27,469 bases of DNA from Elusimicrobiota bacterium (GTDB lineage Bacteria; CG03; SLGR01; JBDRKX01), in NCBI GenBank assembly GCA_043813605.1, contig JBDRKX010000035.1:1-27469 (forward strand), given 5' to 3'. Below the pieces are notes generated by a model. The model did not search any database. It was not told the origin of the DNA and saw only the letters and a list, made by a program, of their open reading frames with translations. Made by a program: the position numbers and the translations under genes. Numbering within the stretch: the first letter of the stretch is position 1; every line of letters begins with the position of its first letter. Shown here in pieces: positions 1 to 8,356 of this stretch.

Positions 1-2
1 TT

Positions 3-443
3 CAGATTGGATGTGAAGTAAGCGGTGAATGTCTGATAGTATCAGATCCCCGGCTTGAGTCGGTCGAGTATTATAAAGCGAGCAAATTAAAGCTGTTAAA
101 CCTGTCTTTTTCTGAGAGAACTCAATCTGCCCCATGGACAGCTATTCCGCCTAACCTGGAAGTCTATAGTGAAAGAGGATGTCGGAGATTGGATGCCAGG
201 ACGTATAGCAAGAATTGTTTAAGTTGCATTTGGGGTTGTAAGATGGCAGTTGATATTATTGTAGACCACTGGAATCCTCACAAAAGGCGGTATCGCACAG
301 AAACTTTCTGCTATGGCCCTAAATCATGCAGTCTATATAAAGCCGGACCGAACAGGAAAGTTCCTGGAAGAAACGGCATGGTTTGGATAGAGGAAGACTG
401 GATTGATGAAGAAATGACCAGTCACCGCCTGCCGGATGAATAA
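3..443 (+). CDS. Cys-rich hypothetical protein, 5'-truncated by the window edge
   Basis: The frame of ORF 189..443 is open back to base 3 (QIGCEVSGEC...PPNLEVYSERGCRRLDARTY), so the TTG at 189 is probably internal. C-terminal CxxCxxxC...CxxxxC cluster. Overlaps the recD2 start by 8 nt. Confidence 0.7.
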   Translation, partial: QIGCEVSGECLIVSDPRLESVEYYKASKLKLLNLSFSERTQSAPWTAIPPNLEVYSERGCRRLDARTYSKNCLSCIWGCKMAVDIIVDHWNPHKRRYRTETFCYGPKSCSLYKAGPNRKVPGRNGMVWIEEDWIDEEMTSHRLPDE

Positions 444-2670
444 AAATACCAGCAACCCGCTTCTTGCAGACCTGCAGGGACAGATAGAAAGAATCACCTA
501 TACAAATGATGAGAGTGGGTTCACAATCGCTAAATTAAAGGTGTATGGGTATCATGACCTTGTAACCATTACCGGGAATCTGATGGCTCCCAATCCTGGA
601 GAGATAATCAAAATGAAGGGTGAGTGGGTTAATCACCCTAAATATGGCGAGCAGTTTAAAATAGTCAATTATAAAACAATGGTGCCTGCCTCTGTGTACG
701 GCATTGAGAAATATCTGGGCTCAGGCCTGATAAAAGGCATTGGTCCTGTCATGGCAAAAAGGATTGTTAAAATGTTTGGTGAAGAGAGCCTTGATGTTAT
801 AGAAAAAGATATTGAAAAGCTGAATGAAGTTGAAGGTATTGCTACAAAGCGTATTGAGATGATCAGAAAGGCATGGGCAGAGCAGAAAGAAATCCGGGAA
901 GTGATGGTGTTCTTACAATCGCACAATGTCAGTTCGGGATATGCTACCAAAATATTTAAGCAATACGGCAACCAGTCTATTGAAGTAGTTAAAGAGAATC
1001 CTTATCGTCTTGCAACAGATATTTTCGGCATAGGCTTTATAATTGCTGACAACATAGCTGAAAAATTAGGGTTTGCCAGAGATTCTGAACTAAGGGCAGA
1101 GGCTGGAATATTGTATATCCTAAACCAGCTTTCTAATGACGGCCATGTCTATTATCCATATGAGCCGTTGATAAAAAAGTGCCAGGAAATACTTCAGATT
1201 GACAGTAATATTATTGAAAAGGCGTTTGAACTCCTTGTCGCAGATAACAGGATAATAGTAGATGACTTTAATCAGGGCGATAAAGAGCTTAGTGGAAACA
1301 AAAGAGCTGTTTATCTTGCAAAATATCATTTCACTGAAAATAGTATAGCAGCACGCTTGAAAATTCTGAACACAACACCGAAGTCTGTCAGAAAAATTGA
1401 TACTGAAAAGGCAGTTGAATGGGTGCAGGAGCAGCTGTCTATAACATTGGCAGACAAACAGGTAGAAGCTGTAAAATGCGCTACTGAAAATAAGGTGTTG
1501 GTAATTACTGGCGGCCCGGGCACTGGCAAGACTACTATTATAAGCGCAATTCTTCAAATATTTTCCAAGCTGGAGATAAATATTATGCTGACTGCTCCAA
1601 CAGGGCGTGCAGCAAAAAGAATGGCTGAAACAACTGGGCATGAGGCCAAGACTATTCATAGAATGCTTGAATACAGTATAAAAAAAGGCGGCTTCCAGAA
1701 AAATGATGAAAACCCGCTGGAATGCGATTTATTAATTGTAGATGAAGCCTCTATGATAGACACAATACTGATGCATCATCTCCTTAAGGCTATTCCTCCA
1801 AAAGCTACTTTTATTTTAGTCGGAGATGTGAATCAACTGCCGTCTGTCGGCGCTGGAAATGTTCTTAAAGACATAATCAGCTCTGACTCAGTGCCTGTCA
1901 TTGAATTAAACGAAATTTTCAGGCAGGCAAAGGAAAGCCTCATTATAGTAAATGCGCATAAGATAAATAATGGAATGATGCCGTCGTTTAAGACATCCAG
2001 GCAAAAACTGTCTGATTTTTACTTTATTGAACAGGAAAATCCGGATGAAGTGCTCAAGATTATATTGGATCTTACGAAAAAACGCATACCCAGCCGGTTT
2101 GGTTTTGACCCTGTTAATGACATTCAGGTGCTTACCCCCATGCATAAGGGCATTGTAGGGGTAAGCAATTTGAATCTGGAGCTGCAGAAATCACTTAATC
2201 CGTCAGATGATGAGTTTATCAGAGGCAATAGAAATTTTAGGGTTAATGATAAAGTGATGCAGATCAGAAATAACTATGATAAAGAGGTCTTTAACGGCGA
2301 TATCGGAAGAATTAAGAGCATAGATAAGGAAGACCATGAAATAATTATCTTATTTGACGGCAGGGATGTCTCTTATGATTACACTGATATGGATGAAATA
2401 GTGCTGGCCTATGCTGTGTCTATCCATAAATCTCAGGGGTCAGAGTACCCGGCTGTAATAATTCCCATCCTGACACAGCATTATATCCTTTTACAGCGCA
2501 ACCTGGTTTATACGGCTGTAACCAGGGGCAGGAAGCTCGTAGTTATAGTGGGAACAAAAAAAGCTTTGGCAATTGGTATTAAAAATGACAAGACTAAAAA
2601 ACGGTATACATGCCTGAATAATCGGCTAAAGAGTGATTATATGCAGAAAACAGAGTCCCAGCAGATATGA
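436..2670 (+). CDS. recD2: RecD2-family SF1B ATP-dependent DNA helicase (RecD/TraA family)
   Basis: N-terminal OB/HhH region (LGSGLIKGIG, NPYRLA). Walker A GGPGTGKT, Walker B IVDEASM, and motifs LVGDVNQLPSVG, FRQ, HKSQGSE, LVYTAVTRG. 744 aa is typical of RecD2. Confidence 0.95.
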   Translation: MNKNTSNPLLADLQGQIERITYTNDESGFTIAKLKVYGYHDLVTITGNLMAPNPGEIIKMKGEWVNHPKYGEQFKIVNYKTMVPASVYGIEKYLGSGLIKGIGPVMAKRIVKMFGEESLDVIEKDIEKLNEVEGIATKRIEMIRKAWAEQKEIREVMVFLQSHNVSSGYATKIFKQYGNQSIEVVKENPYRLATDIFGIGFIIADNIAEKLGFARDSELRAEAGILYILNQLSNDGHVYYPYEPLIKKCQEILQIDSNIIEKAFELLVADNRIIVDDFNQGDKELSGNKRAVYLAKYHFTENSIAARLKILNTTPKSVRKIDTEKAVEWVQEQLSITLADKQVEAVKCATENKVLVITGGPGTGKTTIISAILQIFSKLEINIMLTAPTGRAAKRMAETTGHEAKTIHRMLEYSIKKGGFQKNDENPLECDLLIVDEASMIDTILMHHLLKAIPPKATFILVGDVNQLPSVGAGNVLKDIISSDSVPVIELNEIFRQAKESLIIVNAHKINNGMMPSFKTSRQKLSDFYFIEQENPDEVLKIILDLTKKRIPSRFGFDPVNDIQVLTPMHKGIVGVSNLNLELQKSLNPSDDEFIRGNRNFRVNDKVMQIRNNYDKEVFNGDIGRIKSIDKEDHEIIILFDGRDVSYDYTDMDEIVLAYAVSIHKSQGSEYPAVIIPILTQHYILLQRNLVYTAVTRGRKLVVIVGTKKALAIGIKNDKTKKRYTCLNNRLKSDYMQKTESQQI

Positions 2671-2876
2671 GAAAAATGTATAATAGGGTCCGAATGGATA
2701 AAAATTCAATAAAATATATCTGCAAAATCTGTGATGAGGTTTATCAGACCACTTCACCGGCTCCGGAGAGCGAAATAATCAAGGGAATATGCCCCAAGTG
2801 CCTGAAAGGACATAAAAAAGCGAATCCTGAATATAAACATAATAAAAACAAGGTAAAAACGGACAATAAAACCTAG
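2667..2876 (+). CDS. Small basic putative zinc-ribbon protein
   Basis: CKIC...CPKC motif pair; ATGA overlap with the recD2 stop; ends 2 nt before the next gene. Confidence 0.55.
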   Translation: MRKMYNRVRMDKNSIKYICKICDEVYQTTSPAPESEIIKGICPKCLKGHKKANPEYKHNKNKVKTDNKT

Positions 2877-2878
2877 AT

Positions 2879-3538
2879 ATGAAAAAAGTTATCTGTAATA
2901 CAGTCATTATAATATCGGTTCTATTATATGGTTGTGCTTCTATCCCTAAATCTTCTTCAATCGATTCTATAATTGCATTATCAGATATTGAAAATAATAA
3001 TATCTCAGAAATTAAGCAGGCCATTAGAAAAGGGGCAGATGTAAACGCAAAAGACAGAAATGGCTGGACGCCGTTCATGTATGCCTCGGCTAATAATTCG
3101 TTAGAAGTTGCAAAGTTACTGATAAAAGAAGGAGCAAAAGTAAATTTAAAGGCAAACAATGGCGCAACAGCATTAATGATAGCGGCTATGGAAAACTCTA
3201 AAGATGTTGCAGAGCTGCTAATACAAAAAGGGGCAAAAATTAATGCAAAGAATGGAAATGGCAGCACATCGCTGATGACAGCGTCATTAGTAAATGCTGT
3301 TGATGTGGCAAATCTTCTTATTGAAAATAAAGCTTCAGTCAATGCCAAAGCCAGGAATGGTGGCACTGCACTAATGATGGCAGCGCATAATAACTGTGTT
3401 GATGTAGCAAAACTATTGATAAAGAATGGCGCTGATATTAATGCAAAGAACGATGAGGGGTTAACAGCATTGGGGTATGCAGAATTAAGAAATAACACCG
3501 CCATGATAAATATGCTTAAAAGATATGGGGCAAAATAA
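2879..3538 (+). CDS. Ankyrin-repeat lipoprotein
   Basis: Signal peptide MKK plus hydrophobic stretch plus lipobox LYGC (Cys19). About five 33-aa repeats of the form GAxVNAKxxNGxTALMxA...VAKLLI. Confidence 0.92.
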   Translation: MKKVICNTVIIISVLLYGCASIPKSSSIDSIIALSDIENNNISEIKQAIRKGADVNAKDRNGWTPFMYASANNSLEVAKLLIKEGAKVNLKANNGATALMIAAMENSKDVAELLIQKGAKINAKNGNGSTSLMTASLVNAVDVANLLIENKASVNAKARNGGTALMMAAHNNCVDVAKLLIKNGADINAKNDEGLTALGYAELRNNTAMINMLKRYGAK

Positions 3539-3572
3539 TTAATGCACAATTTTTTTCATTGTTTTTTAAGAT

Positions 3573-4307
3573 ATGAGGAATAAAGTTCGCTGGCATGTTG
3601 GGATTTCTGGTTGGAACTACGATGATTTTAATGGGTTATTTTATCCTAAGGATTTAAATAGTAAAAAGCGTCTTGAGTTTTACAGCCAGAAATTTAATAT
3701 CGTGGAGATTAACTCATCTTTTTACAGGATTTTTAAGAAAGATGTCTTTGATAACTGGGCAGAAAAGACCCCTCCTGAGTTTAAGTTTACGGCTAAAATT
3801 AATCGCCAGTTTACTCATAAAGGCAGTCTAAACAGTCCGGAAAATCTTTGTGAATGGTTCTTTTCCTCTGTTGCCGGTCTTGGAGAAAAATTAAAGGTTA
3901 TACTTATACAACTGCCACCCAGATTAAATTTCGAAGGGGCTGTCTTAGATGGTTTTCTGCAAACTATAAAAATATATACTGACAAGAAGCTTGTATTAGA
4001 ACCAAGGAATTCTACATGGTTTGCAGATGATGTTTATAAAATATTGAGTAAATACAGTGTTGCTTTCTGCCTTTCAAACACCGGTGGAAAATATCCTGAA
4101 AAAGCAGTAAGAACCGCAGACTTTACTTATACCCGGCTTCATGGATCAGGAGAACTTTATAATTCAAGTTATACTGTAGAGAAGCTTAAAGATTACAAAG
4201 AGAAAATTGAAAAACTGAAAACAGGAGAAAATTATGTTTTCTTTGATAACACAATGCACGGATATGCTGTAAAAAACTGCATTCAATTCCAGGAATTAAT
4301 AAATTAA
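3573..4307 (+). CDS. DUF72 (YecE-like) protein, TIM-barrel, putative DNA-processing enzyme
   Basis: Family motifs GISGWNY, VEINSSFY, LIQLPP, EPR, YTRLHG, FFDN. Confidence 0.9.
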   Translation: MRNKVRWHVGISGWNYDDFNGLFYPKDLNSKKRLEFYSQKFNIVEINSSFYRIFKKDVFDNWAEKTPPEFKFTAKINRQFTHKGSLNSPENLCEWFFSSVAGLGEKLKVILIQLPPRLNFEGAVLDGFLQTIKIYTDKKLVLEPRNSTWFADDVYKILSKYSVAFCLSNTGGKYPEKAVRTADFTYTRLHGSGELYNSSYTVEKLKDYKEKIEKLKTGENYVFFDNTMHGYAVKNCIQFQELIN

Positions 4308-4308
4308 C

Positions 4309-5469
4309 ATGACAACCGCAAAACATATTATCCATATAGACATGGATGCTTTCTTTGCAGCCATAGAACAGCGGAATAATCCCCAATATCGAGGAAAACC
4401 GGTAGTGGTCGGAGCAGATCCCAAAAAAGGAAAAGGCCGGGGAGTTGTATCTACCTGCTCTTACGAAGCCAGAAAGTTCGGAATCCATTCTGCAATGCCG
4501 ATTTCAATAGCCTACCGAAAGTGCCCTAAAGCTGTTTTCCTGCCTGTTAATATGGAAGAATACATAAAAGTATCACATCAGATGTTTGAGATTTTTAATG
4601 AATTTAGTCCTAAGATTGAACAGATCAGCATAGATGAAGCATTTTTAGATATTACCGGAAGCTATCATTTATTTGGAACTCCACGACAGACTTGTCTGCT
4701 TTTAAAGAAACAGATAAAAAAAGAAATAAGATTAACTTCTTCAGTAGGTTTAGCGCCGAATAAGTTTATAGCAAAAATTGCCTCTGACTTGGAAAAGCCA
4801 GATGGTCTTGTGCAGGTTGAGCAGGAAAATATTAAGGGTTTTCTCTGGCCTTTGGACATCGGCAGGATGTGGGGGGTAGGGGAAAAGACATTGGGCATTC
4901 TGCATGAATTGAATATTAAAACATTCGGGGATCTGGCTGCAAAAAGCATGCAGGAAGTCAGAGCGTTATTTGGGAAAAACGGCGAGCATTTCTGGCAGCT
5001 GGCTCACGGCATTGATAACAGAGAGGTTGAGATTGAAGAAGAAATAAAATCTATAAGCAATGAGATTACTTTTGAGCAGGATACGGCAGATCAGACAATG
5101 ATTAAAGGTACACTTTTATCACTGTCTGAGAAAGTGTCTGGCCGGCTAAGAAAAGAGGGTTTAAAAGGAAAGACTATCACGATGAAAATACGGCTGGAAA
5201 ATTTTAAGACGTTTACCAGGGCTGTTACGATAGGAAGCCTCACTAATTATGCCGATGTCATATATGATGCAATAAGTAATTTATATAACAATTTTCAATC
5301 AGGAGGCAAGAAAATCCGTTTAGTTGGGGTAAGAGTTTCTAATTTTATTTCAGATGAGTTTGAATTTGATAGTGGCGAGAATATTCAAAGGGAAAATCTG
5401 CATAAGGCCGTTGAGAAAATAAGAGATAAATTCGGTGATGAGATTATTCACAGGGCAGGGAGCAAATAA
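4309..5469 (+). CDS. dinB: DNA polymerase IV (Y-family translesion polymerase)
   Basis: IIHIDMDAFFAAIE, SYEARKFG, SIDEAFLD, AKIASDLEKPDG, WGVG HhH motif, little-finger RLVGVRVS. Confidence 0.95.
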   Translation: MTTAKHIIHIDMDAFFAAIEQRNNPQYRGKPVVVGADPKKGKGRGVVSTCSYEARKFGIHSAMPISIAYRKCPKAVFLPVNMEEYIKVSHQMFEIFNEFSPKIEQISIDEAFLDITGSYHLFGTPRQTCLLLKKQIKKEIRLTSSVGLAPNKFIAKIASDLEKPDGLVQVEQENIKGFLWPLDIGRMWGVGEKTLGILHELNIKTFGDLAAKSMQEVRALFGKNGEHFWQLAHGIDNREVEIEEEIKSISNEITFEQDTADQTMIKGTLLSLSEKVSGRLRKEGLKGKTITMKIRLENFKTFTRAVTIGSLTNYADVIYDAISNLYNNFQSGGKKIRLVGVRVSNFISDEFEFDSGENIQRENLHKAVEKIRDKFGDEIIHRAGSK

Positions 5470-5472
5470 TCT

Positions 5473-6162
5473 ATGAAAAATAGTAAGCGTGTGTTATTGG
5501 CTGTTTTCGACAGATTATTGAAATCTTATGGCCCAAGGAAATGGTGGCCTGCAAAAACAAGATTTGAAGTCATAGCGGGCGCTATACTTACACAAAATGT
5601 AACATGGAAGAATGCCAAGCAATCTATAGAAGCTTTGCAAAGTGCAGGGCTATTAAATCATGCAGCAATATTGAAGGCAAGACACGATACAATAGCGGCA
5701 AAAATAAAATCCTCAAGATACTATAATCAAAAGACACTGAAACTCAAGAATTTTTGTTCCTATTTAGTTGATTCTTACAACGGCTCATTAAATAAGCTAT
5801 TTTCGCAGGATTTAGATAAACTCCGGCATGAACTATTGTCTATCAAAGGAATTGGAAAAGAAACAGCAGACAGCATCCTTCTTTACGCTGGCAAGAAATT
5901 ATCTTTTGTATCAGATAGCTATACAAAAAGATTTTTAACCAGATACGGGATTATAGACGAAACAGCCCAGTATGACGATATTCGGGATTTCTTTATGACC
6001 AATCTTCCGGGGGATTTGTATCTGTATAATGAATACCATGCATTGATTGTGCATCATGGGTATCTGACTTGTAAATCAAAACCTGGCTGCTCAAGCTGTC
6101 CAATACAAAAACTTAATAGCGAAGTATATTGCAAATTCAGCAATGCAGCCAATAAGATTTGA
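5473..6162 (+). CDS. HhH-GPD base-excision glycosylase (endonuclease III-related) with C-terminal Cys cluster
   Basis: WWPA, GAILTQN, HhH motif IKGIGKETADSILLYA, conserved Asp in FVSD, EYHALIV, and CxxxxxCxxC...C (likely 4Fe-4S). Confidence 0.9.
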   Translation: MKNSKRVLLAVFDRLLKSYGPRKWWPAKTRFEVIAGAILTQNVTWKNAKQSIEALQSAGLLNHAAILKARHDTIAAKIKSSRYYNQKTLKLKNFCSYLVDSYNGSLNKLFSQDLDKLRHELLSIKGIGKETADSILLYAGKKLSFVSDSYTKRFLTRYGIIDETAQYDDIRDFFMTNLPGDLYLYNEYHALIVHHGYLTCKSKPGCSSCPIQKLNSEVYCKFSNAANKI

Positions 6163-6171
6163 GAGGGGAAA

Positions 6172-6705
6172 ATGTCTATTGCTGTTAAAAATATTTTTCT
6201 CACTGGCGCTCCTTCATCAGGCAAAACCACTGTTATAAAGAAAATAATAAAAAGCTTAACCATTCCAGCCAATGGATTCTACACTGAGGAAGAAAATACA
6301 GACAGCAAGAGAGTGGGATTTATGATGAAGACAATTGACGGTAAAACCGGCTATCTTGCCCACCAGGATATAAAATCCGGATTTCACATCAGACGTTATG
6401 GAGTAAGTCTTGAAAATATTGAGGCAATAGCTGTTCCGTCAATTATGCCTGTAGACAATAACATCATAATACTTGATGAGATTGGCAAGATGGAGTGTTT
6501 TTCCGAAACTTTTAAAGAAGCGGCAGTAGCCGCCCTGGATTCTCCTAATATTGTAATAGGTACTATTACATTTGGCGGCGATGATTTTATACAGGGAATA
6601 AAAAGTAGGAAAGATATTGAGATAATTGAAGTGACTCAAGATAACCGGGATTCATTACCAAGCTTAATTTTAAGAAAAATCACAAGCGTAAAAGATATCG
6701 CGTAA
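6172..6705 (+). CDS. THEP1/NTPCR-like nucleoside triphosphatase (NTPase_1 family)
   Basis: IFLTGAPSSGKTT, GFYTEE, RVGF, Walker B IIILDEIGKME; GAGGGG RBS. Confidence 0.9.
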   Translation: MSIAVKNIFLTGAPSSGKTTVIKKIIKSLTIPANGFYTEEENTDSKRVGFMMKTIDGKTGYLAHQDIKSGFHIRRYGVSLENIEAIAVPSIMPVDNNIIILDEIGKMECFSETFKEAAVAALDSPNIVIGTITFGGDDFIQGIKSRKDIEIIEVTQDNRDSLPSLILRKITSVKDIA

Positions 6706-6724
6706 ACCCTAAACCGGCCCGACA

Positions 6725-6877
6725 TGTGTTTTGCAATGGCGGATTGACCCTTTGAGCAATAAATTGCCATTGAACTTTAACCCTGCTATTTATTGCAATA
6801 TATCGTCATATAGAGTGGCGAATAAGGAGGGTCAAATTTCGATTACAACTGGGGTCAAAAGAGCATTACAGAAAAGA
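6725..6877. mobile_element. Miniature non-autonomous element with IS21-like ends (MITE-like)
   Basis: Two direct 19-bp repeats on the left (6732-6750, 6765-6783) and two inverted copies on the right (6829-6847, 6852-6870), consensus TGYMAT-N6-TTRACCC. The outer copies both lie 7 bp from the ends. Left end starts TG. No transposase and no clear target duplication. Confidence 0.6.
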
Positions 6878-6883
6878 ACCAAG

Positions 6884-6920
6884 CATATTTTATAAACAAT
6901 CTTCGGGGAAAACAAGCATA
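6884..6920 (+). repeat. 37-bp dispersed direct repeat, copy 1
   Basis: CATATTTTATAAACAATCTTCGGGGAAAACAAGCATA; 34/37 identical to 9436-9472. Confidence 0.9.
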
Positions 6921-7034
6921 GAATCCCAGCTTTCATATATATTTTTCTTTTTTGGGAATCCATTGTTTGTGACATATCATAGTTATAGTACGACAGGTGG
7001 TTACAATTGATAGATTAAGGAGGAAAGAAGAAAT

Positions 7035-7232
7035 ATGATTAATAAAAGGCTTATCGGAGTAAATAAGTTATATCAAAAATATGGAGACAAAAGAGAAGTG
7101 GCCAGGCGATTAAATATTAGTACAGAGCGTGTACGGCAGCTTTTAGTACAGGGTTATCAGCGGGGATTGTTTAAATATAAGACTAGGGTGAAGCCGGGTA
7201 TGGGTGAGCAGGTTTCAATTGCCGGAGAGTAA
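7035..7232 (+). CDS. Small helix-turn-helix protein (sigma region 4-like HTH)
   Basis: AAGGAGG RBS upstream; HTH pattern KREVARRLNISTERVRQLL. Confidence 0.7.
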   Translation: MINKRLIGVNKLYQKYGDKREVARRLNISTERVRQLLVQGYQRGLFKYKTRVKPGMGEQVSIAGE

Positions 7233-7354
7233 TATAAAAGCTGTGATCAGGAAATTTGGGGACAGGCCATAGTATCCGGCTCCTATTTTGGGAATTGATG
7301 GTTTTAATGGTAATTTAATAAATAATAAACAAAATTGGTAATAAGTAAGACTAA

Positions 7355-7705
7355 TTAGCTTGTGCAATATTTTTGAAGCATTTGTAAAAATCGAATTGCC
7401 GGCGCATAAGTAGTAGCACCCGGGCCATAATACCAGCCTCTTCCTTTCTCAAAAGCACCTCGAATATCAGGATTCCCTTGGTGATCATGGTAAATCGAAA
7501 GAACGGCCTCAAGTACCAGGATACATGAGCCCAATTGCTCGATCATATTAGCAACTTCTTTGATAGTAGATCCGAATTGTAGTGTTACAGGTTCTGCTAT
7601 GCCGTTATGCATAATACCGCATGAAGCAGCATTATGTGAGTATCCTAAATCGATAGCGATAAGTTTATAATCCCTGCGATCAATCTTTGTATTATATGAA
7701 ATCAT
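7355..7705 (-). CDS. Putative RNase H-fold protein, possibly C-terminally truncated
   Basis: LIAIDLGYS beta1 Asp motif and LVLEA second acidic motif; only 116 aa. Confidence 0.5.
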   Translation of the reverse strand: MISYNTKIDRRDYKLIAIDLGYSHNAASCGIMHNGIAEPVTLQFGSTIKEVANMIEQLGSCILVLEAVLSIYHDHQGNPDIRGAFEKGRGWYYGPGATTYAPAIRFLQMLQKYCTS

Positions 7706-7815
7706 CTCTATTTTTGTGTCGTGCTAGTTCCTAATTAATAACTATTATACTAAAAATCAAGAGTGTCATACAGGATTAATGTCATGAATATCTTGTTCCA
7801 TATTTCTCCATATAC

Positions 7816-7834
7816 AATTCCCTTTTTGGGAATT
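7816..7834. promoter_or_regulatory. Palindromic candidate operator AATTCCC-N5-GGGAATT
   Basis: Perfect 7-bp inverted repeat 33 bp upstream of the XRE gene; degenerate copies at 6943-6959, 7279-7295 and 9596-9612. Confidence 0.55.
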
Positions 7835-7867
7835 CTTAATCAAAAGTTTAACATAAAGGAGAGAAAT

Positions 7868-8155
7868 ATGAGGAAAACGATATATACAGATGAGCATGCA
7901 TATATAGTAAATCGGCTGATAGAAGCCCGAAAAGAAGCCGGTCTTGAGCAAAAAGCAGTTGCTAAGATGCTTAATGTATATCCGACATGCCTTTGTAAGA
8001 TAGAGGCCGGCCAGCGCAAGGTCGACATTGTAGATTTAATGGAATTTTCAAAAATCTATAAAAAACGGCTGCTTTATTTTGTAGAGAAGTACATTGAAGC
8101 GCAAAAAGAATATGAATATTTGAAGGGGTTGTTGAATTCCAAAAAATCATTTTAA
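7868..8155 (+). CDS. XRE-family HTH transcriptional regulator
   Basis: AAGGAG RBS before ATG 7868; RLIEARKEAGLEQKAVAKML...KIEAGQRKVDI XRE pattern. Confidence 0.85.
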   Translation: MRKTIYTDEHAYIVNRLIEARKEAGLEQKAVAKMLNVYPTCLCKIEAGQRKVDIVDLMEFSKIYKKRLLYFVEKYIEAQKEYEYLKGLLNSKKSF

Positions 8156-8356
8156 TGAATATGAAATTTAAGTTTTAATCTTGTCGAAAAAATAGATTAC
8201 GAGTATTACAGTATTCCTAAACCAAATTTATTTCTGTAGTTTTCGACAAAAATGTCAGAGTTATTATTTATCTTTCTTACACCAAGTATTCCCCGTACCA
8301 AAGTAGTAAGCAAATCCAATCAGACAATAACATCTACTAGCAACAAATCTACTCTT

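Noticed and set aside
2194..2203. CTTAATCCGT matches the tRNA-Lys(CTT) anticodon arm (possible attL)
   Set aside because: Only 10 bp and inside an intact recD2 reading frame; compatible with chance.
3030..3530. 99-bp periodicity suggesting a repeat array
   Set aside because: Explained by ankyrin coding repeats; not a CRISPR array. No CRISPR array was seen in the window.
2779..3549. 256-aa minus-strand ORF
   Set aside because: Antisense shadow of the ankyrin repeat gene. The other minus-strand ORFs over well-supported genes were rejected for the same reason.
7763..7867. Longer GTG-start version of the XRE ORF
   Set aside because: The RBS and domain start support ATG 7868; the extension covers the palindromic motif.
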